A DNA stretch of 64,000 nt from the human T2T-CHM13v2.0 reference genome, Homo sapiens. The stretch lies in assembly GCF_009914755.1 (NCBI RefSeq), contig NC_060931.1; one strand, written 5' to 3'. The notes beneath the pieces are model-generated. The model was not told where the DNA came from. It searched no databases and saw only the letters and a program-made list of their open reading frames with translations. The translations under genes were made by a program, and so were the position numbers. Shown piece after piece: positions 30,180-43,300 of this stretch (positions are counted from its first letter, which is position 1; each line of letters begins with the position of its first letter).

Positions 30180-30725
30180 GGTCAACACTGGAACAATTAG
30201 AGCAAAAAAGTCATCACAATGGAGGATTCTAATCCATAGAATAAAGTAAACACCCACAAGTTCGTACTTAAGTTAATAAATAATCAAATAAATAAAAAGG
30301 AAAGGAACAGCTCTATGCTACATCTCTAATTTAAAAATGTAGCAGGAAAGAGGGATATGGTAAATCATCATCAGGCACACAGCTCAGTAATAATTATTAT
30401 AAATGGATGGATGTTAAAATTCACAGGTAAAAATCTGAGGAAAAAGAGGATTTGCCTAGTCTCAAAGTACTCCCTCCGCAAGATGTGTATTAATGACAGA
30501 CAGATAGATAGATGGTAACTTTACTAGAGGAGCCCATCCAACACTACCTGAACCACATGATCAAAGTCAACCTCACCCATCCTGAGGCATATCAAGTCAT
30601 GTACCTCCTGATGTGATGCACTGGGAAGGGCACATTGATCCTGTGGTACTCCTGCCAAAGATGCATAACCTTTTTTGCCTTTATGCAAAACTTACATTAA
30701 GGGACATTCTACAAAATGCATGATG
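30180..30725 (+). mobile_element. L1MC-like 3'UTR fragment
   Basis: tgatcaaagtcaacctcacc...tgtacctcctgatgtgatgcactgggaagggcaca...gggacattctacaaaat. Confidence 0.65.
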
Positions 30726-31390
30726 GAACATACAAAAGCATTGCTCTGTCTGTTGTGTGAGGGACAGGCTGCAGGGGAACAAGTGGGGAAACAGAGACAC
30801 CAATGTAGAAATTTTTGCAATAGCCTGGATGAGAGATGTCCATGGCTTGCAAGAAGGTAGTGAGGTGGGAGAAGAGTGGGATGTGGCCAAATTGGGAAAG
30901 TTACTGATGGAGAAATACACAGGAATGTCTAATAGATAAGATGTGGGTTTCAGAGAAAGAGAGAAGTCAAGAATGCTTCCAAACTGTGGGCATGAGCAAC
31001 TGGAAGAAATGGGTCTTCTTTTTACTGAAAATGGAGAAGACTAGATGAGAACTCTGTGTGTTGGGAAAAAATAAGGACTTGTCTCTGGACATGTTAAGTG
31101 TGAGTTGTCAAACATGTACCTAAGTGGAGATGTCAGAGGGGAAGTCTAAGGTCGGGAATTCAAAGGAGATGTTAAGGCTGGAGAGACATATTTGGATTTT
31201 TGAAGTCATGAAAGTGGAAGCTATTAGCTAGGAAGTCAGTGTGGAGAGAGGAGGAAAGTCTGAGAACTGGCATTAAGAAAGTAAAGATTTGGAGGTCAGC
31301 AAGATGAGAAGAACCAGAAGAGGCCATTGAAGAGAGGCAGAGTGGCTTAAAGAAAAGCGAGATTAAAATGTAGTGTTTCAAGAACGCGGC

Positions 31391-32325
31391 TATCCTTCAG
31401 TGACTGGCTTACTTCACTCAGCATAATACCACTTACATGGATAAACAGCAACGTTCATCCATGTTGTCATATAGGGCAGGATTTCTTCTGTTTTTAAGGC
31501 TGAATAACATTCTACTGCATGTATATACCACATATTCTTTATCCATTTGTCTGTTGATGAACGTTTTGCTTATTTTCACTTCTTGACTATTGTGAAAAAT
31601 GCTGCAGCGAACATGGGGGTGCAAATATCTCCTGGTGGCCTTGATTTTAATTCTTTTGAATAAATATACAGAAGTAGGGTTGCCTATGCTATGCTTTGAG
31701 TGTGTCCTCTCCAAAATTCAGATGTTGCTAATGCAGTAGTATTAAGAGGTGAGACCGTGTGTGTGTGTGTGTGAGAGAGAGACAGAGAGAGAGAGAGACA
31801 GAGAGAAAGAGAGAAAGAAAGAAAGAGAGAGAGACTAGGTCATGCACGCTCCTCCCTCATAAATGGGATTAGGGGCTCTTAGAAAGGGGCTTGACAGAGG
31901 GAATTCATTCTCTCTTGCCATTCTGCATTCCACCATGTAAGGACACAGTAAAAAGGCTAGCACTTGGATCTTGGACTTCTCCAGAGCTGTGATAAATAAA
32001 TTTTTGTTTTTTATAAATTAACCAGGCTCAAGTATTCTGTTATAGCAGCACAAAAGGGACAGAGATAGCCAGTTACATAAGAATCTAAAATCATCAAGCT
32101 CACAGAAGCAGAGAACTGAATAAGCTTTCCCAGGGGCTGGGGAGGGAAAATGGAGGATTGATGTTTGATGGGGATAAAGTTTAAGTTATGCAAGATGAGT
32201 GTATCTGTGATACAACATTGTGCCTGTAGCTACCAGTAGCATGCTGTACACTTAACCATTTTTTACAAAGGTAGATCTCATGTTGAGTGTTTCTACCACA
32301 ATACAATAATAATAATAATAATACA
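31391..32325. mobile_element. 5'-inverted (twin-primed) L1MB/L1MA-like 3' end
   Basis: Antisense L1 at 31391-31684; sense L1 3'UTR with tail at ~32070-32325. Confidence 0.8.
31687..32067 (+). mobile_element. MST/MLT1A-like MaLR solo LTR containing (TG)n(GA)n at 31757-31834
   Basis: tgctatgctttgagtgtgtcc...tattaagaggtg...gtattctgttatagcagcacaaaag. Confidence 0.85.
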
Positions 32326-32874
32326 AAGAATAAGGCAGTGATCAGGCATGACAATGCAGCTGCCAGGGCTAAGCTAGGAGCATGAAGAATGATCATGGGA
32401 TTCCTCACCACAAAGGTCATTGCTGACCTCAAGAGAAGCATCTCCAGTGGGAAGTAAAACATGAGTGGCCAGGGTCCAAGGATACTGGAAGAAGGGAATG
32501 ATGGAATGGTAAGTAACAAACATTCTTTTGAGAGGTTTTGCTCTAAAGGATAAACAGATAAATGAGATGGCTGCTGGAGGAGTTTATAAGATCAATAAGG
32601 GCCTTTTTCCTTTGATTTTTAAGAAAAAAAGAAAAAATGGTGTGCTTGTAGCTTGATGTAAATGACTCAGAGAGGAAAACGTGCAGAAGATCGATATCTG
32701 TGAGTAGGATGCGAAAGCGGAGCCTACAAATTTAAAAACTTTGGCATTGGAAGGACTTAAAATATTGAAACAACCAAAGATGTGGCTGGAGTCATGCTGG
32801 GAAACAAAGATTCTTACGAAAAGTACTTACCTTAGAAAATACAGATGGAACATAGCCCATTGCTAACTGCAAAA

Positions 32875-32990
32875 CAGAGACAGACAGACAGACACACATA
32901 TACACAAACAGATACAGACAGACAGACACACATATACACAAACAGATACAGACAGACAGAGAGAAAGGCAGAGACAGAAACAGAAACAAA
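32875..32990. repeat. (CAGA)n-rich repeat with a perfect 34-bp duplication
   Basis: cagacagacagacacacatatacacaaacagata at 32881-32914 and 32915-32948. Confidence 0.9.
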
Positions 32991-33224
32991 GATTGAGAAG
33001 GTAGAAATAGTATGCTCGTATAAATATAGACATATATACATACGTATAAGTCCACATGCAAGCATAACCACAAGAAATGTGTGTAGAATCTATATTAAGA
33101 AAAATAAAGTATTACTGAAAAATATAAAGGTCAGTTACCAATGGTTACATCTTTCTCCTAAGTTGGAATGCTAAATATTTTAAACATATTAATTTCTTCC
33201 CAAATTAATTTGCTCAAAAGTATG

Positions 33225-33460
33225 TTCATTCACTTATTGCACAAACATTTGTTGAGTCTCTACACTACATGACAGGCACTGTACTAAATACTGGCCAAAC
33301 AGACAAACCAAGCACAGATCTTCCCCTAACGGAGCTTCTAGTCCAGTAAGGGACATAAACAATAAAAAGTGGGCAAACATATAGATATATAATTACAATA
33401 AGAACCAAGAAGACAGTGACTAGGATAGGGTGACAGAGAATAATGTGTGTAGGTTGGAAA
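33225..33460 (-). mobile_element. L2 3' end
   Basis: aaacatttgttgagtctctac...caggcactgtactaaatactgg...ggagcttctagtccagt. Confidence 0.7.
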
Positions 33461-33814
33461 GACTGCTCCTTGGCAAAATGACTCCAAAGTTAATATGGGA
33501 GACTGACGGGGCAAAGTCGGACAGCAACTATGGAAAGGCCCTCTGAAAGAAGTTTGGAAAGGAAAACAAGAGGAAAGACCCCTACTCTATTCATAAATTA
33601 TAATTTACCATAAAGCTATTACAATTAAATTTATTTGGTCCCGGAAAAGGACAGAGAAAGTATAATATAGGATCCAACAAATCCCATATATACATGTACA
33701 AATGGATAATGGATATCTATTTATCTATTTATATAAACACATACACACACACATCTATCCACACACAAATATCTACAGCAGAAAGTAGGGGAGAGTCACA
33801 TAAACCATGTGTGC

Positions 33815-33940
33815 CTAAGCCACAAGCTCTGGGACCTTGAACAAATTATCTACCTTTGCTAAAACTCAGCTTCCTCAATCACATGTCGTGAAGATGAAAT
33901 AAGATGATGTAAAATGTTTGGCAGATGTATCTGGAACTCA
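33815..33940 (+). mobile_element. MIR fragment
   Basis: gaccttgaacaaattatctacctttgctaaaactcagcttcctca. Confidence 0.6.
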
Positions 33941-35569
33941 GCTCCTACTTAGCTGAAGGTGGTACATCATTTTCTGTCATCATCATCATCGTCACCACGG
34001 ACATCCTCAATCTATTTCTTGTCCAGCTGAATGTGACATGTCTGGACGTATTTGTCAAATAGTGTGGGATGGGTGTAGTGGAAATCTACGGTTAGGAGAG
34101 ACTGAGAGGCTCTTTAACGTAAAATAAGCTTTAAAAGGTCAGTTGACCCAGTTAAACAACATCAGTCATTAGATGGAAGCAATTATTTTGAGTTCCTATG
34201 GGGTAGCTGCTACACAGGTATGACCATAGCCTGGATACCCTTGCCAAAATGGTTTATGTTTGGATGTCAAGGAGAGGGCGAGTGTGGTTCTGAACTCAAA
34301 GAACTTATGGTGACTTTCTTGAGCCCTCTGGCACATTAGGCCACCCATCAGCAGTGCCTTTGGAACCCAGAATGATGAAGCTCTAACATGTAAAGGGGGA
34401 ATGGATGCTTTCTTGACCCTGAAGTAAACGCAGCTCTGGCGTCTAGAAGGTTCCAGCACACAAGAAAACAGCAACCGAGAGGAGCAACATCCTCCAGTGG
34501 ATGCCACAATGATGTCCAAGGAGTGCCCAAGTGGTATCCTAAAAATAAAGGCCCATTTGCCAGATGACACTGCTGTGACACCTGGTAGAAATGGTCACGG
34601 TGCCTAGTAAAGTTATTCCCAGGATGAGCCAGGAGCCAGGTAGTGCCCAGTGGAAACCCTGGGGCTGGGGAGTGGGGAAGCAGTGAGAGGTTATCCAGAG
34701 TAGACGACGTGAGAGCAGGTCGCTCACATTCACGTAACCTGTTCCCTCCTTTGTAACGTGGGACTGCTAACACCACCAGGTTGTCAGGGACGAAATGAAG
34801 CCGCACACTTCATTCACGTGACAACATGGATTCCTGGGTAGTCTGGTGAGGGCCACAGATTCTCTATGCTCAAATATATCCTGAATCATGTTGTTCCCAC
34901 CTTTTGCAGCCTCTCTTTTTCTACATTCATCTCTCTTTAGGTAGAAGTATTTCCAGTCATGTTTAAACAGGCTGTTTTTACTTGGTCAGCTTCCAAGGCT
35001 GGGCTGAGCCCACGTTGAGCAATGGTGCTGAGGGCCTCTCTCTGTGCAGGAAAAGCAGGCTCCCAAGCTGAAATGCACAATCAGAATTCCATGTGCAGGA
35101 GAAGATGTGCAGCACAGCACGAGAGAGTTCTGGAAGCCTTCATTCCTCAGATCTCCAGGCTTAGGGAGCATATAAATGTCATCGGCCCCTTGGTGTAGAT
35201 CTAACTTTCTCAGTCAGCAGCAACTTAAAATAGAATGTGGAAGCTACTCCTCCACTTACTTTCTATGAGATCTTCAGCAAAGTTCCCTAACCTCACCAGG
35301 GTTAGAGGAAGGAGAATAATGGAGTGCCTGTGAAGACCTGTGTAGGATTTAGCCTGATGGTCAGGAACACATCTGAATACTTTATATCTCTGTTAGCCTA
35401 TTCCACCCTCTAAAACATCCTCTGAGATTGAGGGTCTAATTAAATTCTACCATTATTCCCATAATAATAATATAATAGTAATAATAGTTATTGGAATATA
35501 ATAGCATTTATGTCATAGGATTATGGGGAAGATTCTAAAAACACAAACAGCTTACCTGGCAGACAGTAA

Positions 35570-35939
<370 letters not shown>

Positions 35940-36444
35940 TAAAGATGGCTTAAGCTCTTGTTGCTGTTGGCCCTCCCCTGACTATGCCAGTCTCTACATT
36001 CATCCCTCCCTTCTCAACTTCCTTTGATAACTGAAAGCCTTTTTGATTATATGCCTCAGAGATATTGATGCTCCTTGCAGACTGGCCTGACTTTCCAGAG
36101 CCCGCCTGGCCCAGTGAAAGCTAAAGACATAAAGCCTTGAGGACACAGCTTCCCTACACCCAGGGCCATGCAGCCCATGGAAGACCTCCTAACTCAGATT
36201 TGAGAACCGCCCCCCTCCATTCCACGCCAGAGTGGAGGGTGTGTGTTCTCACAGCCTCCTCTTCATCCCAAGTCTTTGCTGGAAAAGTGTATATTCCATT
36301 TTCTACTTCCAACTACCAATTCACTTTATTCACTACAGGCTCCCAACACAAGCAGCATTATAATGAAACTAAAGTTTTCACGTCTGATAAATGCTTTACA
36401 TACGAGTATATAGAGAAATACTCCATATTTTGTTATACATATGA

Positions 36445-37495
36445 GTATATGGAGAAAAAGGAACCCTTGTACACTGTTGGTAGAAGTGTAAATTTGTGCA
36501 GCCATTATGGAAAATAGTATGAAAGTTCCTCATAAAATTAAAAATAGAAATACCATATAATCCAGAAATCTCATTTCTAGCTATATATCTGAAAAAAATG
36601 AAACCTGAGTCTCAAAGATATATCTGTACTCCCATGTGCAATACTAAATAGATAAAGAACGTGTGTTATATACACACAATGGGATATTAGCCACCTTTAA
36701 AAAAAGGAAATCTTGCTATTTGTGACAACATGGATGAACCTGGAGGGAATTACGCTTAGTGAAATAAGTCAGACACAGAAAAATAAATACTGCATAATCT
36801 CACTTATATGTGGAATCTAAAAAAGTTGAAGTCATAGAAACCAAACAGAATGGCGGTTGCTGAACGTTGGTGTGGGGGATTGGCAAGATGTTGGTCAAGG
36901 ATATAAACTTTCAGTTATAAGATGAATAAGTTCTGGAGATTAGGGTGACCATAGTTAAGAATCATGTAGGCCAGGTGCAGTGGCTCATGACTGTAATCCC
37001 AACGCTTTGGGAGGCCAAGGCAGGAGGATTGCTTAAGGCCGGGAGTTCGAGACAAGTGTGAGCAGCATAGTGAAACTCCAACTTTACAAAAAAAAATTTA
37101 TTGTTAATTATTCACGTGTGGTTGCACACATCTGTGGGCTCAGCTACGCAGGATACTGAGGCAGGTGGACTGCTGGAGCCCAGGAGGTTGAGGCTGCAGT
37201 AAGCCATGATTGTACCACTGCCTTCCAGATGGGATGACAGAGCGAGACCTTGTCTCAAAAAAAAAAAGAAAGAAAGAAAGAAAAATGTATTTTATACTTG
37301 AATTTGTCTGAGAATAGATCTTAAATAGTCTCACAACAAACAAAAATATGAAACTGTGAGATGTGAGATGATGGATATGTCAATTAGCTTGATGGTGGTA
37401 ATCATTTCACAACAAATACATGTATTGCAATATCATGCTGCGTACCTTAAAAATTATTCATTAGCTATACCTCAATAAAGCCAGAAAAAATAAAA
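36445..37495 (+). mobile_element. L1MA9-like 3' end
   Basis: gatggatatgtcaattagcttgatggtggtaatcatttcaca...tatacctcaataaagc. Confidence 0.85.
36969..37280 (+). mobile_element. AluJ nested in L1MA
   Basis: J-type dimer with A/GAAA tail. Confidence 0.9.
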
Positions 37496-38589
37496 TCAGT
37501 TGGTAGAGAAACAATAAAAAAAAAGAACCAGGAATTCTTGCATGCAGAAATCTCTGAATAGAGATGAAGAAGGAGGAAGAAACCCTGCTGCTTCAGGTTC
37601 CCAGGGTTCTGTCCCTGATTCGGAGACTTGGGGAACACCTGCCTTCCTCCACAGACCACTGGGCCCAGGGAACGACTAACGCCTGAAGCTCTTGTTCCAG
37701 CTGGAACCCAACCTTAAGATCTTAAAAACATCGGTGAAAAGGTCAAAGTAGGAACTAAAAGCTGACATTTCTAAGATGGTTCCCTACTTAAGATGTGTCT
37801 TTTGAAAAATAAGGAGAGAAATTCTAGCTGTGGTGTAGCCTTCTCCTTGGTTCTGGGAAATGTCACACAAATGGATCATAGTTATCTAATATAGAAATGT
37901 CAAGGCCAGTGTGTTCCACTCACAAGTCTGATCTCTATTCTGAGATTCTTTCTTGTTTGGGGGCTAAAAGGTGTCCTTTCTTTTACTATCTTTTTAAATA
38001 CTTTGGTAATTTGATCATACATTGGTGGAGGCAGATGACATGTATTAATAATTGGTTGGGTGCCTGGAATATGAAGGGAGAATGACAAGCACTTGGAGAT
38101 GAGAGTATTAAATTAGTCTTGGGAGTTAAACTATTATATCCACATGTGTGGCTTGAGGCCGAACACCTCCATAGGAACCGATCTAAAAAAAAATCATATA
38201 ACTAGAAATAATCCTTCAGCATGAGCTGAATTAGGCACTCTGTTATGCTTCATCTCATTTAATCCTCCTATCAACCTTAGGAAAAAGGGAATATCAACAA
38301 ATCTATTTTCTGCATGGGGAACGTAGCCACTAAGAGGTTAAGAATTCCAAGAAAATATGTGACCCATCAGAGGTCATTGTCAGCAAAAGCACATAAAAAG
38401 GGCAACTAAAGATGGCAATTTAAGCATCTTTATATCTCCCTTCACTGTTTAGGAGAAACAAAATTGTATGTAGAAGATCACGGCATCTTGGGTATGGGAC
38501 AGTTGTTCTCTATTCTGACTATCTCCAAGGTCACCATGACATGGCGAGTCACCTCCCAGTTCACTTCCTTCTACAACCTCATTAATCCA

Positions 38590-39130
38590 ACAAGTTTCTG
38601 GGCCCTGTAGTCTGAGTGGGGAAGGGCAGGAAAACTAGGAAGCTGGAGTGGACCCAGGGGACCAACCAGGAGATGACTGCCAAAGTCCAGATAAGAGGTG
38701 GCTGATGCGAGGCCTGTTTGAAAAGCTTGCTTGCAGGAGAGACCAAGTGTGGCATTGAGGCTGTGGGCCTCAGCAACCAGGTGACTTGTGTTACTCTCAT
38801 GAATAAGTTTGGAGCTTGCTAAATGTGGATGTCTATTGGAGAACCAAACAGAAGTATTAAATGAGAATTTGGGAATGTAACACTAGGCCTCAAAGGAGAG
38901 GTTAGAGCTTCAGATATAAATATGAGAGCTATGTGGATTGCTGGTATTTACAGGCTCTGAGTGGAGGAGCATAACTAGAAAGAGTGTTGATTTAAAAAAA
39001 AAAAGAGAAATAGCAAAAATAAAGACTACTGTGGCTCATAAACCAAATGAAAAAGAAAAGCATTTTTTAAAAGTAGGGAATGGGCATCTCTGTTGCTGAG
39101 AGTCTAAGTAATAGAATTGACCAAGGATTT
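38590..39130 (-). mobile_element. L2 fragments
   Basis: aacaagtttctgggccctgtag...; ggcctcaaaggagaggttagagcttcagatataaat. Confidence 0.55.
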
Positions 39131-39668
39131 GATAGGTCATATGATTTGCAATTACTTTGGAAATTATACTGATTGGCAGAAAGAATCAGGATCGTTTTTC
39201 ATCTTTTCTAATGCTTTATGCTTTTCATAACTTTCAAATGTTTTGGCTTGGCATTGGTGACTTTTCCTGTTTTGACTTTATGGCCCCATTTAATTTTCAG
39301 AACATTTTCTAAATTTCAAAATATGCTAACCATTGAAGGATTTTAACATTGAGCAATGAGAAAACAAAGCTAGAATTATATATTCTCACTCTTATACATG
39401 TTTTATTACTGTGAGATAACCACATCTCTCTTCTAATTATATAGTATACAACCTGAGTTAAAAAAGAATTTTGACTGATAACGTGTATTTGGGGTTTAAT
39501 AATTAAAATTCAGTTTCTTACTATAGTTTAGAATACCATTGCAATTCTATTTTTATTGCTGTATTATTCTTTATCCTGCCTCATTTGAGAAATGACATTG
39601 GGCTACTTATGTTTCCATTTGCTAAGCTACCAGGCTGCCGTTGGATTAGTTCTCTTTGGCATTATTAG

Positions 39669-39996
39669 TGCTATGCACTGAATTGTGCACTCTGCCAAAT
39701 TCATACGCTGAAGCCCTAACTCTCTAACTGATTGCATTTGGTGACAGGGCCTATCGAGAAGTAATTAAGGTTAAATGAGGTCATAAAGGCAGAGCCTGGA
39801 TATGATAGGATTTGTGTTCTTATAAAAGGCACCACAGTTCTTCCTGAAAACCAAGAAAAGAGTTCTCGCCAGAAACCAAACTCTTCAAGAGCCTTGATCT
39901 TGAATTTTACAGCCTCCAGAACTGTAAGAAATAAATTTCTGTTGTTAAAGCTACCTATTCTGTGGGATTTTGTTATAGTAGCCCAAGCAGGCTACA
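39669..39996 (+). mobile_element. MLT1A0/B-like LTR
   Basis: tgctatgcactgaattgtg...taattaaggttaaatgaggtcata...cagcctccagaactgtaagaaataaatttctgttg. Confidence 0.85.
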
Positions 39997-40104
39997 TGTG
40001 AAAATAAGATAATTATGTTCTAATTCCACCACCACTTACCCCCATATTTATAAGATATTTTATATTCACCGAATCTTTTTACTTTGTAAATCTTGTGCTG
40101 TTTC

Positions 40105-40335
40105 ACCCATTCAACAAATGTATTAACAAATATTTATTGTGCGCTTATTATGTGCCAGGCACTTTTCTGGTGCTAGAGGTATAGAAGTGAGCAAAACTTA
40201 TGTGGCATTTATGTTGTAACACACATAGAAAACAAATGAGGAAACAAAGGCAACGATTTAATTAAGGTCACACATCACTACCTACAGAACCAGAATTCAA
40301 ACCTGGGATTTTGATTTCTAGTCCAGTGTTCTTTC
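40105..40335 (-). mobile_element. L2 tail and MIR fragments
   Basis: caaatatttattgtgcgcttattatgtgccaggcact; atgaggaaacaaaggc...aaggtcacac. Confidence 0.6.
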
Positions 40336-43300
40336 AGTTTCAATCAGTCTTTCTTTCATGCTTAGGGAAGATTTTCCACAAATGATTGCTCAAACTTCAC
40401 CCTCCAATAAACACAACAACCAAAAATTCCTTCACTAGGGCTACATTTGCTCAACTTCTTTTTACTTTATCTTATATTCTGTCAGAGTCCAATATAAAAA
40501 TCACTTAATAATTTTTTAGAAATTTTGTTTAGAAATTAGAAGAGTATGTTTTTGTCTCCTTTGATCATTTGGCATACTTTCTTATTTCAGATACTTACAA
40601 ACATATATGTTGGTAGTCAGGCCTTTTTTTGATTTTCATTAAGCTTGAAACCAAGTTTTAGAATCACTTATGGCAAATACTGTCACCCTATATAGTGTGT
40701 ATAATTTCATTGTTCCTATTTTGACCTGATTTTCTTCTTGTGCTTTAATTTCCTCTGGTCCAGGGTATTTATTTCCATGTGTTGAGGCACCTTTATTTAG
40801 AATCTTGTAACTGGTACTGTCACCCCTGCTTGGAATAGTGGTGATAAAAGTCCAATCTTCTCCATTATAATAGAATGTTATAGTTCTCATGTTTACAGAG
40901 TTGACACACTTACAAATGAAATTTTTATATTGTCTAATCTATCAATGCTGGTAGAGGAACTAACAGTGCCATTGCAGTCAAGATGATGAATAAAGACAAC
41001 ATTCGTGTTTGCAGACAGAGAGTAGACCAAATAAAAAAGAAATGCTAAAAGCTTTCAAGGAGGAGCATGGAGGAGATGATCTCTCAGGGTAATCATCCAG
41101 CCTCATATGACTGAGTTTTCATATGTCTTTTAGAAACATTGCTCCAAACCAAGCCATTTGGTGTGGATTTGTAGGTATCTGGAGGCAGAGAGTGGGGTGA
41201 ACTATTGAAGAGATTGCAAAATTTTGCACTAGGGGAAGGGGCTTTCTTTCTTGTCCAGATCTCTACTTTGGAGTTGAAGTGGAGACAGCTACGCCCTAGT
41301 TCCACACACTCTAGCCAAACCTCACAGCCACAGTGAAATTTCCCAAGTTTCTACAAGTCAGTGCCATCTTGATTTTATTAAAGTTGCCTCAGGACCAATA
41401 GTGCCATGGCAACAAATAAGAACATCTCGGCAAGATCACAGGGTTGTCTTGATTACATGTTGAGTTGTTGAGTAAACCTATACTGGGCTGCTATGGCAGG
41501 GTAACAGGTGCTCACCAAGAAGACACCTGGAGGGCCAGCCATCTGTTCTTTGGAATTGGCCCTTTCCCTTTTACAGTCCTTTCATTTGCTTTTCCCAGGC
41601 ATTCTCTCCCCACCAGAAGGATGTTGAATCAGTTAAGAGCAGTCCCTAAGAGTTAGTAGGCATCTTTAAAAGAGGAAGGATAATATTTATCCCCTTGAAT
41701 TATAGTAAGGATAAAGATGGAAAGCAAATGAGGTTGTTTTTTGGCAAACAGTAAGTGTCTGATAAGTGGCTATGGCTTATGAATCCAATTGCCCTTTCCA
41801 TTTGCAAACCAAAATTCCCTTTCAGACTAGAGCTAGAAAAGTGAGTTCTGGGCTCAAGCATCCATCTGAACTGGAACTGAGGAAAGGCTGGAGAATAGCA
41901 GCAGTTGAGAATAGCACAGATTTCCCCAGTGCACATACTGTTTTCCTTTGGACCAATAATTATCTCTTGATTTATAAGCCTCAGGGCAAACACAGGCACA
42001 GATACAGACACAAGTATATCCAATCTGTGACTAAGACACTAATGAGCTCCCAAATAAAAACGCATTTATTATATTCAATTTTTATGAATAAAAATTGTGG
42101 TCTTTTATTATTTTAGTTACTGTACAGAGGAAATACTCTAACTCTTGAAACTTCTCTACAACTCACTAGGGCTCTGAGATATGGGCGTGGCAGCTGCTTG
42201 CAGAAGACTTCTATGTTTTGCAACAGAAGCCTGCAGGGGAACAGAAATTAGAAAAATTATTAAGAGCCTTTATGTGGTTTTAGGCCTGACATTTTGTACT
42301 TGGCTTTTCTCATTGAGTTTACATATTGCAACCCATTATAAACATTGGGGAGAATGGTCAATATAATTAATGTTGTGAAACAGTTTCCACTATAAGCTTT
42401 AATTTGAAGACACTTGAATTTTATGTATAATTTTCCTTTGGTTGAAATTTTCCATTGTCAGTTTTTACCCAAAGGCGATTTCTTTGTTTGTTTGTTTTTG
42501 TTTGTTTGTTTTGGAAAAATTTGACATTTAACTGTTTACAGATCAGGACATGAAAATATTCATTCTCTAATTGATTTTGTTGGATACTTTTATAAATATG
42601 TTCCAAAGGATTTAAACTGCCTGAATTTAAAATTACAAACTTAGAAAGTAAAGCAAGCTTTAGTGAGAAATCTTAGAAACTAAACATTATTAATGAATGA
42701 TTAAGATCTTAGAGAAACAAATATATAGAAAGCATTTAGAAAAAAATAATTTCAACTCACATTCTCTCTTTTGCATCTATGAAATTTAACGAACATGTTG
42801 TCTTGGGTTATGTCAAACTTCTGTAAGTGAAAGACAAGTTAATTCTATGCTATTGCAATTTCCCTACCTGCTTATATTCAGATGGAAAATAGACCTGATC
42901 TTCTGAAATATTAGTTCTTGATTTTCAAAAACAAAATAACAACAACAACAAAAAAATTCTTTCATCCCTCCTTTTATCAATGTAACTTGTAGAGAAATTG
43001 GTGACATGAACATTTTTTAAAGGAAACTATAGAAGACTTCCGGTTTCAGTTCCTATAAAATGCTTGAATTTAATCACCCTAATCCTTACAATTAAAAAAA
43101 TCAGAACAAATTAAACATCAATAACTTTTCTTGTTACCATCAACAAAATGAGCTGTAGAGCAAACTGCCCCCCCAAAATCCAAAGAAACAGGGGAATCCA
43201 GAGAATCATGGCTGAGGCCTGTTGGCCAAGATCTGAAATCTCTGAAGCCACTGAAAGCGCTGGAGCCAAAACTGGTAGGAATATCTCAATAACAATTTTG

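Larger units (their letters stand above)
30740..32690 (-). mobile_element. L2 fragment, split by the L1/LTR insertion at 31391-32325
   Basis: ggcatgagcaactggaagaaatgg...tggacatgttaagtgtgag...; continues after 32330 (gtgatcaggcatgacaatgcagctg). Confidence 0.75.

Noticed and set aside
32792-33174. Cys/Val-rich and Thr/Asp/Arg-rich ORFs
   Set aside because: Translations of the (CAGA)/(CA) microsatellite
34196-34806. Longest ORFs in unique DNA (152 aa and 124 aa, minus strand)
   Set aside because: No recognisable domain or exon structure; the 152-aa ORF lacks an ATG start; lengths are compatible with chance
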